This document shows positions 10,247 through 20,214 of a stretch of DNA of 64,000 nt, piece by piece. The stretch's first letter is position 1. The number at the start of each line of letters is the position of its first letter. The DNA is taken from contig JBEKIL010000011.1 in assembly GCA_050011775.1 (NCBI GenBank), positions 82,044-146,043 of the forward strand, in the 5' to 3' direction. Made by a program: the position numbers and the translations under genes. This DNA is from Bacteroidota bacterium. Its GTDB lineage: Bacteria; Bacteroidota; Ignavibacteria; UBA10030; CAVZMI01. A model generated the notes under the pieces. That model searched no databases. It saw only the letters and a program-made list of their open reading frames with translations, and was not told the DNA's origin.

Positions 10247-11380
10247 CTATAGATACTTCTTTATATCGGCCAGTAGATGTTCATTAGTTTTTGTCTTTTG
10301 AATAGCTTGAAGAAGTAATTTCATGGCCTCCACAGGCTTTTTTCGTTCCAGAGCGCGGCGGAGTGTCTGGTATACGTAAGTATTTTCTCCGAATAATAGT
10401 TCTTCACGGCGTGTTCCGGATTCAAGAATATTGATTGCCGGAAAGATTCGCAGGTTCGAAAGCTCGCGGCTGAGCACGAGCTCCATATTTCCTGTTCCCT
10501 TAAACTCCTCGAAAATCAGCTCGTCCATTCTCGAATTTGTCTCGATAAGCGCGGTGGCAATTATTGTCAAGGTACCATGATTCTCGAGTGCGCGGGCTGC
10601 GCCGAATATTTTTTTAGGAATCTCGAGTGCACGGGCGTCGACTCCACCGGAGAGTGTTCGGCCGCTGCTGCGTTGTGTCAGATTGAACGCACGCCCGAGT
10701 TTTGTGAGAGAATCGAGCAGTATTACGACATCCCGACCGAGCTCCGCTCGTCGTTTTGCATAATCAAGCGCAAGCCGCGCAAGACGTGTGTGGCTTAGCC
10801 GGTGATCATCGTGCGAGCTTGCAAATACCAATCCCTTTACGGCGCGGCGAATGTCGGTTATCTCTTCAGGCCGTTCATCAACAAGTAAAATGATTAAATC
10901 AATTTTTGGATAATTGGTGCTTATGGCATGGGCCATCTGCTGGAGGAGCATTGTTTTGCCCGAGCGGGGAGGTGCGACGATCAAACCTCGCTGTCCCTTC
11001 CCGATTGGAGAAATAAGGTCCACAATTCTCATCGCCGTGTCGTTGTGAGGGCCTTCGAGTTTCAAGAGCTCATTCGGGTTGACGACGGTGTGCTGTGAAA
11101 ATTCGACAACGCGCATCCATCGTTCCGGCTTTACTTTATTAATTCGTTCTATAGTATCGACCTGGGACTTGCCGTTCCCGGCAATACTAATCGTTCCTTC
11201 AATCAAAACGCCGGGGCGCAAGCGATATTGTGTGATGAGGTGAGGGGCGATATAAGGATCCGTCGGAAGGTGGCGTAATGTTAATGAGAGGGTGCGGACA
11301 AAACCGAACCCTCTTTCTTCGACTTCAAGCAATCCTGAGTATGTTTTTTCCAACGTGGTATCGTGATAGTACCGCGCCAT
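10247..11380 (-). CDS. rho: transcription termination factor Rho homolog, short form lacking N-terminal helical domain
   Basis: G.LEV...GFGFVR OB fold, PIGKGQRGLIVAPPRSGKT, DERPEE, SGRTLSGGVD, EEFKGTGNMEL, SGTRREELL; only 377 aa. Confidence 0.88.
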   Translation of the reverse strand: MARYYHDTTLEKTYSGLLEVEERGFGFVRTLSLTLRHLPTDPYIAPHLITQYRLRPGVLIEGTISIAGNGKSQVDTIERINKVKPERWMRVVEFSQHTVVNPNELLKLEGPHNDTAMRIVDLISPIGKGQRGLIVAPPRSGKTMLLQQMAHAISTNYPKIDLIILLVDERPEEITDIRRAVKGLVFASSHDDHRLSHTRLARLALDYAKRRAELGRDVVILLDSLTKLGRAFNLTQRSSGRTLSGGVDARALEIPKKIFGAARALENHGTLTIIATALIETNSRMDELIFEEFKGTGNMELVLSRELSNLRIFPAINILESGTRREELLFGENTYVYQTLRRALERKKPVEAMKLLLQAIQKTKTNEHLLADIKKYL

Positions 11381-11408
11381 CGTGAGTGACGGCGTGTGAT
11401 GTATGTGG

Positions 11409-12686
11409 TCAGGTTCCTGAGGAATAATCTTCCATGTATGCCCGCTGTTCAGTTGTAAGTATATCGATGGTGATCCCCTGTGTTGCGAGCTTCACTCGTC
11501 CAATTTCCTGATCCTGCTCGGGTGTGATGTCGTGGACAACGGTATCGAGCTTGACGCCCCGTTTATGGAGATCTGCAAGGCGGAGTTGCGACATGAACTG
11601 ATTTGCGAACGACATATCCATGACCTCTGATGGATGTCCTTCGGCAGCTGCCAGGTTTACCAGACGCCCCTGTGCAAGGACAAAAATGCGGCGTCCATCT
11701 TTCAACAAGTACTCTTCATTATTCGGACGCATTTCGCGTATACTCTTTGCCTGTTTTTTTAAATGTCCGAGGTTAACTTCGCAATCGTAGTGACCGGTAT
11801 TGCAGACGATCGCTCCATCTTTCATTTTTTTAAAATGACGATCTATGATGACATCTTTAACGCCTGTTGCGGTAACAAAAATATCGCCGATTTTAACAGC
11901 GTCATCCATTTTCATGACTCGCATACCGTCGAGTGTTGCTTTCAAAGCGGCAGTAGGTTTTACTTCGGTCACGATGACGCTCGCTCCAAGACCTTTACCG
12001 CGCGTTGCGACACCCTTCCCGCAGTGGCCATATCCGGCAATAACAAGGTTTTTCCCGGCTATGAGAACGCTGGTCGCCCTGATAATACCGTCGATGGTCG
12101 ATTGTCCGGTCCCGTACACATTATCAAAATCCCACTTTGTTTCGGCATCATTTACGGCGATGACCGGATACATCAAAGCACCGTCTTTGGCCATTGCACG
12201 AAGGCGGTGAACACCGGTGGTGGTTTCTTCCGTCCCGCCGATAATTTCGGGTACCAATTCCTGATGTTTATTATGGATGGTAAAAATTAAATCGGCGCCG
12301 TCATCGAGAGTGAGGTTGGGGTGAAACTTCAATGTTTCTTCAATACACCAGTAGAATTCCTTTACATTCATACCGTGCCATGCAAATATCGAGATACCGT
12401 CAGCTGCAAGTGCTGCCGCAACCATATCGTTGGTCGAAAGAGGATTGCATCCGCTCCAGCTTACCTGCGCTCCTGCTTCAATGAAGGTACGGATGAGCAC
12501 GGCAGTTTCTTTCGTAACGTGCAGACAGCCGGCAATGCGGTACCCTTTTAAGGGTTTTGTTTTTCGATACTTCTCGCGCAGTGCCATCAACACGGGCATA
12601 CGCGAATCGGCCCATTCAATGAGCCTATGCCCTTCTGGGGCGAGTTTTAAACTTTGTACTTTGTACAGACCTTTTTTTTCATCCAT
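11409..12686 (-). CDS. ahcY: S-adenosylhomocysteine hydrolase
   Basis: GCLHVTKETAVL, CNPLST, LDDGADL, EETTTGV, FDNVYGTGQS, GRLVNL..AEGHP.EVMDMSF. Confidence 0.97.
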   Translation of the reverse strand: MDEKKGLYKVQSLKLAPEGHRLIEWADSRMPVLMALREKYRKTKPLKGYRIAGCLHVTKETAVLIRTFIEAGAQVSWSGCNPLSTNDMVAAALAADGISIFAWHGMNVKEFYWCIEETLKFHPNLTLDDGADLIFTIHNKHQELVPEIIGGTEETTTGVHRLRAMAKDGALMYPVIAVNDAETKWDFDNVYGTGQSTIDGIIRATSVLIAGKNLVIAGYGHCGKGVATRGKGLGASVIVTEVKPTAALKATLDGMRVMKMDDAVKIGDIFVTATGVKDVIIDRHFKKMKDGAIVCNTGHYDCEVNLGHLKKQAKSIREMRPNNEEYLLKDGRRIFVLAQGRLVNLAAAEGHPSEVMDMSFANQFMSQLRLADLHKRGVKLDTVVHDITPEQDQEIGRVKLATQGITIDILTTEQRAYMEDYSSGT

Positions 12687-12714
12687 AATATTTTTGTCGT
12701 TATGAAAATTTTAA

Positions 12715-13857
12715 TTACACGGCTAACTTTTTCAGCATTGGGACGAGATCCAGTTTTTCCCAGGTGAAATCCTTGTCGTTTCGTCCGAAATGACCATACG
12801 CTGCAGTTTTCCGATAAATAGGGCGGAGGAGCTTTAAGCGACGGATGATTCCACGCGGTGTGAGGTCGATATTTTTCCTGATGATCTTTGCCAGTTGAAT
12901 GTCCGGAATTCGTCCCGTGTTATACGTATTTGCATAAATCGAGACGGGCTCTGCCACGCCAATTGCGTAGGCAATCTGGATCAAGCATTCATCAGCGAGT
13001 CCTGCTGCAACAACATTCTTGGCCAGATGTCGTGCCGCATAGGCTGCGCTGCGATCGACTTTCGACGGGTCTTTTCCGCTGAAGGCACCGCCGCCGTGAG
13101 GTGCGCGCCCTCCATAGGTGTCGACGATTATTTTTCGGCCGGTGAGCCCGGTATCGCCATGCGGTCCGCCAATTTCAAAACGTCCTGTTGGGTTGACATG
13201 ATAGATTGTTTTTTCATCAAGATATTGTTCCGGAATCACTTTCTTCACGACGTGCTCGATGACATCTTCTTTAATTTTCTTTTGAGATACTCCGGAATCG
13301 TGTTGTGTCGAGATGACGACAGTGTGGACATGTACCGGTTTGCGTCCTTCGTACTCGACAGTAACCTGCGATTTTGCATCCGGCCGGAGATACGGCATAA
13401 CCTGCGGCGATTTCTTCCGGAGCTCAGAGAGGCGATATACAAGCTGGTGGGCAAATGTAATGGGCATTGGCATATATTCCGGAGTTTCGTCGTTTGCATA
13501 GCCGAACATCATCCCTTGATCACCGGCACCTCCTTTATCTACCCCTAAAGCAATATCGGGAGATTGCTGGTGAATGGCCGAGAGAATACCGCAGGATTTG
13601 TCATCGAATCGGTACTCGGCTTTTGTATATCCGATGTCGCGTATGACGTCGCGCACGAGTGATTGGATCTCAATGTATCCCTTGGTGTTGATTTCACCGC
13701 CGACGACAACGAGTCCGGTGGTGACAAATGTTTCACAGGCGACACGTGAATGAGGATCCTGTGTGATCAGAGCATCAAGCACAGCATCGGAGATTTGATC
13801 GCAGATTTTATCCGGATGTCCTTCGGAAACAGACTCAGAAGTAAACAGTTGTGACAT
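12715..13857 (-). CDS. metK: S-adenosylmethionine synthetase
   Basis: [45 protein letters not shown]. Confidence 0.98.
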   Translation of the reverse strand: MSQLFTSESVSEGHPDKICDQISDAVLDALITQDPHSRVACETFVTTGLVVVGGEINTKGYIEIQSLVRDVIRDIGYTKAEYRFDDKSCGILSAIHQQSPDIALGVDKGGAGDQGMMFGYANDETPEYMPMPITFAHQLVYRLSELRKKSPQVMPYLRPDAKSQVTVEYEGRKPVHVHTVVISTQHDSGVSQKKIKEDVIEHVVKKVIPEQYLDEKTIYHVNPTGRFEIGGPHGDTGLTGRKIIVDTYGGRAPHGGGAFSGKDPSKVDRSAAYAARHLAKNVVAAGLADECLIQIAYAIGVAEPVSIYANTYNTGRIPDIQLAKIIRKNIDLTPRGIIRRLKLLRPIYRKTAAYGHFGRNDKDFTWEKLDLVPMLKKLAV

Positions 13858-13899
13858 GAAACTACTAGCTCCTTAATAATAGAACAGTGAATTATTCTT

Positions 13900-14874
13900 T
13901 TAGAAGAAATCAATCTCGGACGAATCCCCGACATTAATCCGTTTCCACACTCCACGTACCGTTGCATTATTCCCTACGATCGAGTTCTCAAGGAGAGCTC
14001 CCTGGACCTGTGCATCTTCGCTGATTATCGAATTGCGTATGATTGCATCACGGACAACAGCACCATCAGCGATCGTTGCATAGGGACCAATAACCGAATG
14101 ACTGATTGTACATTTCTTCGATATAAAAACCGGCGGGATTACTACGATGCCATCATGTGACGGTTTCGATGGATATTTATCGAGAAGGTGTCTGTTTGTC
14201 TCGAGAAGTGTTTCGGGCTTTCCACAATCGTACCAGCCCTCGACATGAAATGTTTTTATTCGCTCTCCTTTGCTGATCATCAATTGTAATGCATCGGTGA
14301 GCTGATATTCATTTTTTGTCCGGATATTCTCTTTTACGAGCTGGGTTACCGATTCGATGAGGAGTCGAGTATTCGTAATGTAGTATAACCCGACAAGTGC
14401 AAGATTACTCGTCGGGTGTTCAGGTTTTTCGATGAGATTTTTGATATAGCCGTGGTCGACTTCGGCAATTCCAAAACGCCGTGGATCTTCGACCCATTTC
14501 ACACCCAGTGCCGATTCGTTCTGTTTGATAATCGGAACAAGATCAACATCAAAAATTGTGTCGCCCAAAATAATCAGTACGGGTTCACTCGGAAGAGTTT
14601 CACGCGCAATATAAATCGAATGGCCAAGGCCAAACCGTTCTTCCTGTTCCACGAAATCGACATGAATATCGTAATGGTTCGTGATGTATTCTCGAATTTT
14701 ATCTCCCATGTAGCCGACTATCACGGTGGCGTTATCAATTCCGGTTTCGATTAGTTTGTCTATTATATGGCCTATAATCGGTTTGCCCGCAACATTCAGC
14801 AATACTTTGGGGAGTGTATAAGTATGTGGTCGAAGCCTGCTTCCTACGCCAGCGACAGGAATTATTGCTTTCAT
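13900..14874 (-). CDS. sugar-phosphate nucleotidyltransferase (glucose-1-phosphate thymidylyltransferase-like, with left-handed beta-helix tail)
   Basis: AIIPVAGVGSRLRP.T...PK, LGD, EKP, WYDCG; hexapeptide-like C-terminus. Confidence 0.85.
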   Translation of the reverse strand: MKAIIPVAGVGSRLRPHTYTLPKVLLNVAGKPIIGHIIDKLIETGIDNATVIVGYMGDKIREYITNHYDIHVDFVEQEERFGLGHSIYIARETLPSEPVLIILGDTIFDVDLVPIIKQNESALGVKWVEDPRRFGIAEVDHGYIKNLIEKPEHPTSNLALVGLYYITNTRLLIESVTQLVKENIRTKNEYQLTDALQLMISKGERIKTFHVEGWYDCGKPETLLETNRHLLDKYPSKPSHDGIVVIPPVFISKKCTISHSVIGPYATIADGAVVRDAIIRNSIISEDAQVQGALLENSIVGNNATVRGVWKRINVGDSSEIDFF

Positions 14875-14940
14875 ATCTACTCAATCAGTGATGTCAAAGT
14901 AATCTGGTATAAAGGTACTGAAGATTCTCCCGAGAATCAA

Positions 14941-15255
14941 TTATGATGTCGGATTTGATTTCGAATCGGTTTTTTGTGTTGACGATGCATTTGGAGGTGT
15001 AGTATCTTTTGGGCTCTCCTTTTCGTCTTTTTTTGTTGATGGGGGAGAATCGGTTTTTTCTTTCTTGCCGATACTTTTATAATCGGTGAAGTAAAAACCG
15101 CTTCCTTTGAAAATCATTCCCCCGCCGCCACCTAGAAGTCGTTTCAAGGTTGATTGACCGCATTGTGGACAATTCACCAGCGACTCGGCGGTAATCGATT
15201 GGAATTCCTCAAAATCGTAGCCGCATGCGGCACACCGGTATTCGTAAGTCGGCAT
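14941..15255 (-). CDS. FmdB-family zinc-ribbon protein
   Basis: MPTYEYRC..CG..FE, CP.CG, FKGSGFY.TDY, low-complexity tail. Confidence 0.9.
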   Translation of the reverse strand: MPTYEYRCAACGYDFEEFQSITAESLVNCPQCGQSTLKRLLGGGGGMIFKGSGFYFTDYKSIGKKEKTDSPPSTKKDEKESPKDTTPPNASSTQKTDSKSNPTS

Positions 15256-15291
15256 AATTACTCAATCATGGTTCCAATATACAACAATAAA

Positions 15292-15367
15292 AATATACGT
15301 TAGGTTCAAATCAGATGCAACGAAGAAACCCGTGCATCTTGATTCTCGTTTGACAAAATTATATACT
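15292..15367. promoter_or_regulatory. back-to-back divergent sigma70-type promoters
   Basis: Minus strand TTGCAT-17-TATATT (15320-15292) toward FmdB; plus strand TTGATT-17-TATACT (15339-15367) toward the Omp85 gene. Confidence 0.65.
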
Positions 15368-15405
15368 TGAGCATAAAGCTACTATTTTGGTTGTAGAGAA
15401 GAACA

Positions 15406-18231
15406 ATGAAATTGATCAACCTCATATTGGTTGTGATTGGACTGGTCATCACGCATGCAACACTCAATGCTCAATTCTATTATTTTGGCCGGAACAAGGT
15501 ACAATATACCGACTTCGACTGGCATGTTCTGAAGACCGACCATTTTGATATCTATTACTATCCGGAAATGAAAGAACTTGCCGAACGTGGGGCAGCATTT
15601 GCAGAAGAAACGTTTAAAGAACTTGAAGAGCGGTTTAACTTTACGATTGTACATCATATACCGCTTGTATTTTACAGCTCGCCGCTTCACTTTCAACAAA
15701 CCAATACCACTCCAGGATTCATCCCCGAGGGGGTTGCCGGTTTTTTCGAGTTTCTAAAAGGTCGCGTGGTGATTCCCGCCGATGGGTCGCTGAGTCAGTT
15801 CCGTCGTGTGATACGGCACGAGCTTGTCCATGTGTTCATGCATGCAAAAATCAATCGTGTACTGGTTGACCACAGACAGTTGACAGATCGGGAACCGCCA
15901 CTCTGGTTCACGGAAGGGCTGGCAGAGTATTGGTCGACGAAATGGGATACGCAGGCCGAATGGCTTATGCGCGACGTTATTCTGAACGGTTACTTTGTTC
16001 CGCTTTCACAAATCTATTCAATCTCCGGTTCATTTCTTATGTACAAGGAGGCTCAGCTGCTTCTGCAATATGTGGCAGAAACATATGGTGAGGAAAAAAT
16101 ATCTCTCCTTATCGATAACTTCTGGCGCTCTTCAACATTTCAGGACGTATGGAAATTCACCATCGGGAAAGACTACGAGCAATTTGATGAAGAATGGACC
16201 TACGCGATGAAAAAAAGGTATTACCCTCTCCTGACGCATTATGATCAGCCAAGTTCGGTTACACGGCAGATTGTCAAGGAGGAGTTCAATGTTAAACCGG
16301 TATTTTATAAAAATGATACTACAAGGGAAGTACTTTTTATAGGAAATCATACGGGATACACCAGCGTATATCGAAAGAATCTGGATGATCCACAATCTCC
16401 GATGCGATTAATCATTGAAGGAGAACGAACGGATGAATTCGAATCATTCCATTTCTTTTCAGCGGGGATGGATATATCGCACGCCGGCCTGCTCGCCTTT
16501 ATCACAAAAAGCGGTGAAAACGATGCACTACATCTGTATGATCTGAAGTGCGATTCAAGCATCGCTAATTATTATTTTAAGGACATTGTTTCGCTCGGTT
16601 CACCGACATGGTCACCTGATGGAAATCGCATCGCATTCTCTGCAATAGACAAATCGGGCTTCGGTGATCTCTACATTTTTGATCGAGTTCATCAAACGTT
16701 AGAACGATTAACAAACGACTTCTACGATGATCGAGATCCGGCTTGGTCTCCCGATGGCAGTACCATCGCATTTCGATCGGATCGGACAACCTATGGAGTC
16801 AATGGTCATTACAACCTGTTTCTGTATTCCCTTGACTCGAGAACCATAGACTATCTCACACTCGGGGAGGAAGACTACAGCTCTCCGGCGTGGTCACCCG
16901 ATGGATCGAAGCTGGCGTTCATTTGTGATGCGGATGGAGTCCCGAATCTATGGGTCATGGCAATGAATAAACGCAAACTTCGGACACTTTACGGCGGTGA
17001 AATTCGTCGGATCACAAATCTGAGCACGGCAGCTTTTGACCCTGCGTGGACCGACGACGGCCGGATACTGATTTCGGCTTTTGAGAATTACAGTTTCCGA
17101 ATAATGCAGATTGATTCGATAGAGAAGCGATTCGATACGACAAGCGTAAAAAAATACGTCGGTATCTCTTCAGCAACCGAATTATGGACGACGAACCGCA
17201 TTCCCGGCAAAGATGAGGTGAATGCACTTCGATATACCCCGGACTATACCCTGGATATTGCACAAACTCAGATCATGACCGATCCGGTGTTTGGAACGCG
17301 CGGTGGAGCCGCATTAGCCGTGAGTGATGTTCTAGGTAATGAACAGTATTATTTCTTAATCTATAACACGGCTCAAGCTCAGAGCGAATTCCTCTCAAGT
17401 TTCAATATCGCTATTTCGCGTTTGTCTTTGAGCCGGAGGACCAATGTCGAATATGGAATTTTTAATTTTGCAGGACGTCGATATGATCTCACCGATCCGG
17501 ATCTCTATTTTTACGAGCATTCTTTCGGCGGCTATGTTGCGCTCAGTTATCCTCTTTCGAAATTCAAGCGAATAGAGCTTAGTACAAGTATTAATCGATC
17601 GGACAAAGAGCGTTTTGAGCTCGGTTCATCACGCGAAGCATTACTGCTTTCCAATGCTATTTCTTTTATCCATGATAACTCGTTGTGGGGCCCCAGCGGT
17701 CCACTCGATGGCAGCCGTTTCTTTCTCACTCTTGCATATACAACCGATATTCAATATTCAAATGTAACGTACTATTCGGTTCTTGCAGATTATCGATATT
17801 ATTTCCGATTGAGCAAACGAATAGCATATGCAGCTCGTCTGAATGTCTATTATAATGAGGGGAAGGAGGCTCGAAGATATTTTATGGGCGGAAGCTGGGA
17901 CTTAAGGGGATTTGACCGATGGTCAATTCGCGGAAAGAAATTGTGGCTGACCAGTCATGAGCTCCGTTTTCCCTTTATTGATGAACTGGCCGTCCGCTTT
18001 CCGTTCGGTGTGATCAATTTCGGATCATTCCGTGGGGCATTATTCTTCGATGCGGGTAATGCTTGGGATGATGCATATCATGAAACACTTGGAAGTATAG
18101 GAGGCGGTGTCCGCTGGAATATAGGAGGAGTACTGGTGTTACGGTACGATATTGGAAAGAAGATCGAGAATAATTTTAAGACTCTTCAAGAGGGGTTGTT
18201 CTATCAATTTTTCTTTGGGTGGGATTTTTAA
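15406..18231 (+). CDS. Omp85/BamA-superfamily protein with N-terminal peptidase MA (gluzincin) domain and TolB/PD40 beta-propeller
   Basis: Signal peptide; HELVH + WFTEGLAEY; repeated P.WSPDG..IAF; barrel with LRGF loop, FFDAG and terminal FFFGWDF. Confidence 0.85.
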   Translation: MKLINLILVVIGLVITHATLNAQFYYFGRNKVQYTDFDWHVLKTDHFDIYYYPEMKELAERGAAFAEETFKELEERFNFTIVHHIPLVFYSSPLHFQQTNTTPGFIPEGVAGFFEFLKGRVVIPADGSLSQFRRVIRHELVHVFMHAKINRVLVDHRQLTDREPPLWFTEGLAEYWSTKWDTQAEWLMRDVILNGYFVPLSQIYSISGSFLMYKEAQLLLQYVAETYGEEKISLLIDNFWRSSTFQDVWKFTIGKDYEQFDEEWTYAMKKRYYPLLTHYDQPSSVTRQIVKEEFNVKPVFYKNDTTREVLFIGNHTGYTSVYRKNLDDPQSPMRLIIEGERTDEFESFHFFSAGMDISHAGLLAFITKSGENDALHLYDLKCDSSIANYYFKDIVSLGSPTWSPDGNRIAFSAIDKSGFGDLYIFDRVHQTLERLTNDFYDDRDPAWSPDGSTIAFRSDRTTYGVNGHYNLFLYSLDSRTIDYLTLGEEDYSSPAWSPDGSKLAFICDADGVPNLWVMAMNKRKLRTLYGGEIRRITNLSTAAFDPAWTDDGRILISAFENYSFRIMQIDSIEKRFDTTSVKKYVGISSATELWTTNRIPGKDEVNALRYTPDYTLDIAQTQIMTDPVFGTRGGAALAVSDVLGNEQYYFLIYNTAQAQSEFLSSFNIAISRLSLSRRTNVEYGIFNFAGRRYDLTDPDLYFYEHSFGGYVALSYPLSKFKRIELSTSINRSDKERFELGSSREALLLSNAISFIHDNSLWGPSGPLDGSRFFLTLAYTTDIQYSNVTYYSVLADYRYYFRLSKRIAYAARLNVYYNEGKEARRYFMGGSWDLRGFDRWSIRGKKLWLTSHELRFPFIDELAVRFPFGVINFGSFRGALFFDAGNAWDDAYHETLGSIGGGVRWNIGGVLVLRYDIGKKIENNFKTLQEGLFYQFFFGWDF

Positions 18232-18250
18232 TCATTATTACAACCGATTT

Positions 18251-19417
18251 ATGATGAGATCATTGATACAAATTGTTGTACAAAGGAGTTGGTTGTTGAT
18301 GTTGCTGATGTTTTTCGGATGCAGCGGGTGGAATATTCAGCAATTCAATTTGATGCAAGAAAAAGGTTGGACAATGAACGGACACGATGCCCGGCGTTCA
18401 TGGAATGCGGGTAGGTCTGTTCAACCTCCGCTGAAACTTCTCTGGAGCTACGATGCATCATCGGCAACCGGATCGCCTGTGGCAGCAAATAGCATCCTTT
18501 TTGTGGGAACATACAGAGGTGAGTTGCACGCGATCAGTATTAATGATGGTGAACGGATCGGAAGGATTTCGCTTGAGGGAGTAATTCACGGGACTCCAGT
18601 GCTAGATAACTCTATTATATATATTGCCCTCGCATCTGGAGAGAATACCTTCCAGGCGGTTGATGTGACAAATGGAGATATGGTGTGGGGGAAAAAACTT
18701 GGTCCCATAGAGACTTCCCCGATTCAACATAATCTTTATCTCTATGTGACAACGATGGATGGTCATGTCTACTGTCTTGAAAAAACCACGGGAAAAGAAA
18801 TATGGAAATATTCAATTCCAAATTTAAAGGGGCAAAAGAATATTCATTCATCACCTGCGACCGATGGAAATGTTCTCGTATTCGGATGTGATGATGGAGT
18901 GTTCTATGCACTCGATGCAAGAACAGGTAACCTGCGCTGGAAGGTGCAAACAGGAAAGAGCATCCTTGGTTCGCCGGCAATCAGTGCCGACCGCGTCATC
19001 ATAGGTTCAACGGATCATGTTCTCTATGCATTGAACATTGCCGATGGATCGGTTTGCTGGAAATCCGATTTTGGCGGTATCCTGTATTCTTCACCCGCAA
19101 TTGCTGAGAGCACTGTAGTCATCGGTGCAGCAAATGGATGTATTCGAGCACTATCTGTCATAACCGGGAATAGAGTCTGGGAATACAGAGCGTCGAGCGT
19201 CGTCAGTGCCCCGGGCGTTGTGTGTGGCAACATTGTATACATCGGTACACTTGATCATATTCTGTACGCTTTTAATATACAGAGTGGAAAAGTGTTCTGG
19301 AGCGACACACTGGAAGGGAGAATAAAGAATCCCCCCATCAGCTGGAACGGTATGATCTTTGTACCGGTTGAGGATAAATATATTTATGCATACGTATCAA
19401 ACAATGAAAATCGATGA
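18251..19417 (+). CDS. PQQ-like beta-propeller lipoprotein (BamB-like)
   Basis: Lipobox-like LMFFGC; ~8 repeats of SSP.....V..G..D...YAL....G...W; start moved to ATG 18251. Confidence 0.8.
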   Translation: MMRSLIQIVVQRSWLLMLLMFFGCSGWNIQQFNLMQEKGWTMNGHDARRSWNAGRSVQPPLKLLWSYDASSATGSPVAANSILFVGTYRGELHAISINDGERIGRISLEGVIHGTPVLDNSIIYIALASGENTFQAVDVTNGDMVWGKKLGPIETSPIQHNLYLYVTTMDGHVYCLEKTTGKEIWKYSIPNLKGQKNIHSSPATDGNVLVFGCDDGVFYALDARTGNLRWKVQTGKSILGSPAISADRVIIGSTDHVLYALNIADGSVCWKSDFGGILYSSPAIAESTVVIGAANGCIRALSVITGNRVWEYRASSVVSAPGVVCGNIVYIGTLDHILYAFNIQSGKVFWSDTLEGRIKNPPISWNGMIFVPVEDKYIYAYVSNNENR

Positions 19418-20025
19418 TTAAAAAGCGGTCGGTTCACATATTTGTTGTTGCTGCCTTCTGGGTCATTCTGTGGCCGTATATGACGCAGGCGCAGTCCGGA
19501 ATTTATCAGGATGGAATTGTTACAATCACCTCCAATGTGATTGGAGCGAATGTATTTTGTGACTCGGTATTTCTTGGAGTTACTCCACTGTTAAATATAA
19601 CGCTTTCTTCCGGAAAGCATACCATCATGGTTATTGATGGAACCCCTTTTCAATGGGATGCGCAGAGGAAGGAACAGTGTATAGAAGTTCCGGCAGGATC
19701 ACAGATGATACACTACTGTAATTTTCCTTCCGACTCTGCTGCGAATCTTAGGTTTAGAGGTTCTGTGCAAAAGGATATTCTGGTTCAACCGCGAAAAATT
19801 GAATTTCATTCTCTGATAACAATTGGTGGTAGCGTGGGTATCGTATGCGGTATTGCGACGGCATATTTCAAGATTAAGGCGGATGCCCGTTATAATGATT
19901 ATCTTCTGACAGGAGACCGCGAATCTTTACGAGAGACACATCGGTTTGATACAATGGCCGGAGTGACATTGGCCTTAAGTCAAATTGGACTTGCCATGGT
20001 TGCTTACTGCCTACTTTCTGAATAG
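19414..20025 (+). CDS. PEGA-domain exported protein with C-terminal hydrophobic helices
   Basis: Signal peptide; ITSN..GA.V..D...LG.TPL....L..G.H.I; two hydrophobic segments; ATGA overlap with upstream gene. Confidence 0.7.
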   Translation: MIKKRSVHIFVVAAFWVILWPYMTQAQSGIYQDGIVTITSNVIGANVFCDSVFLGVTPLLNITLSSGKHTIMVIDGTPFQWDAQRKEQCIEVPAGSQMIHYCNFPSDSAANLRFRGSVQKDILVQPRKIEFHSLITIGGSVGIVCGIATAYFKIKADARYNDYLLTGDRESLRETHRFDTMAGVTLALSQIGLAMVAYCLLSE

Positions 20026-20066
20026 CATATTCTGATGAATTTTTTTACGGGGATACGCAATGGAGC

Positions 20067-20095
20067 TTGACTTTCATGCTTCAGTGAGCTATATT
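20067..20095 (+). promoter_or_regulatory. sigma70-type promoter (TTGACT-17-TATATT)
   Basis: Near-consensus hexamers, 17-bp spacer, upstream of the crp-like gene. Confidence 0.65.
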
Positions 20096-20214
20096 TTTTA
20101 TAGTAGAAATATTGGGTATTCTGGGCGTTAATCTCCTCATGCCGGAGCCCGGAAGTTGAATGACACACAGTGGGGAACGATCACATCCGTACACACACTA
20201 CCGTAGGGTAGAAT

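Noticed and set aside
13858-13899. SAM riboswitch upstream of metK
   Set aside because: Only 42 bp of intergenic space and no SAM-I/II consensus; none seen upstream of FmdB either
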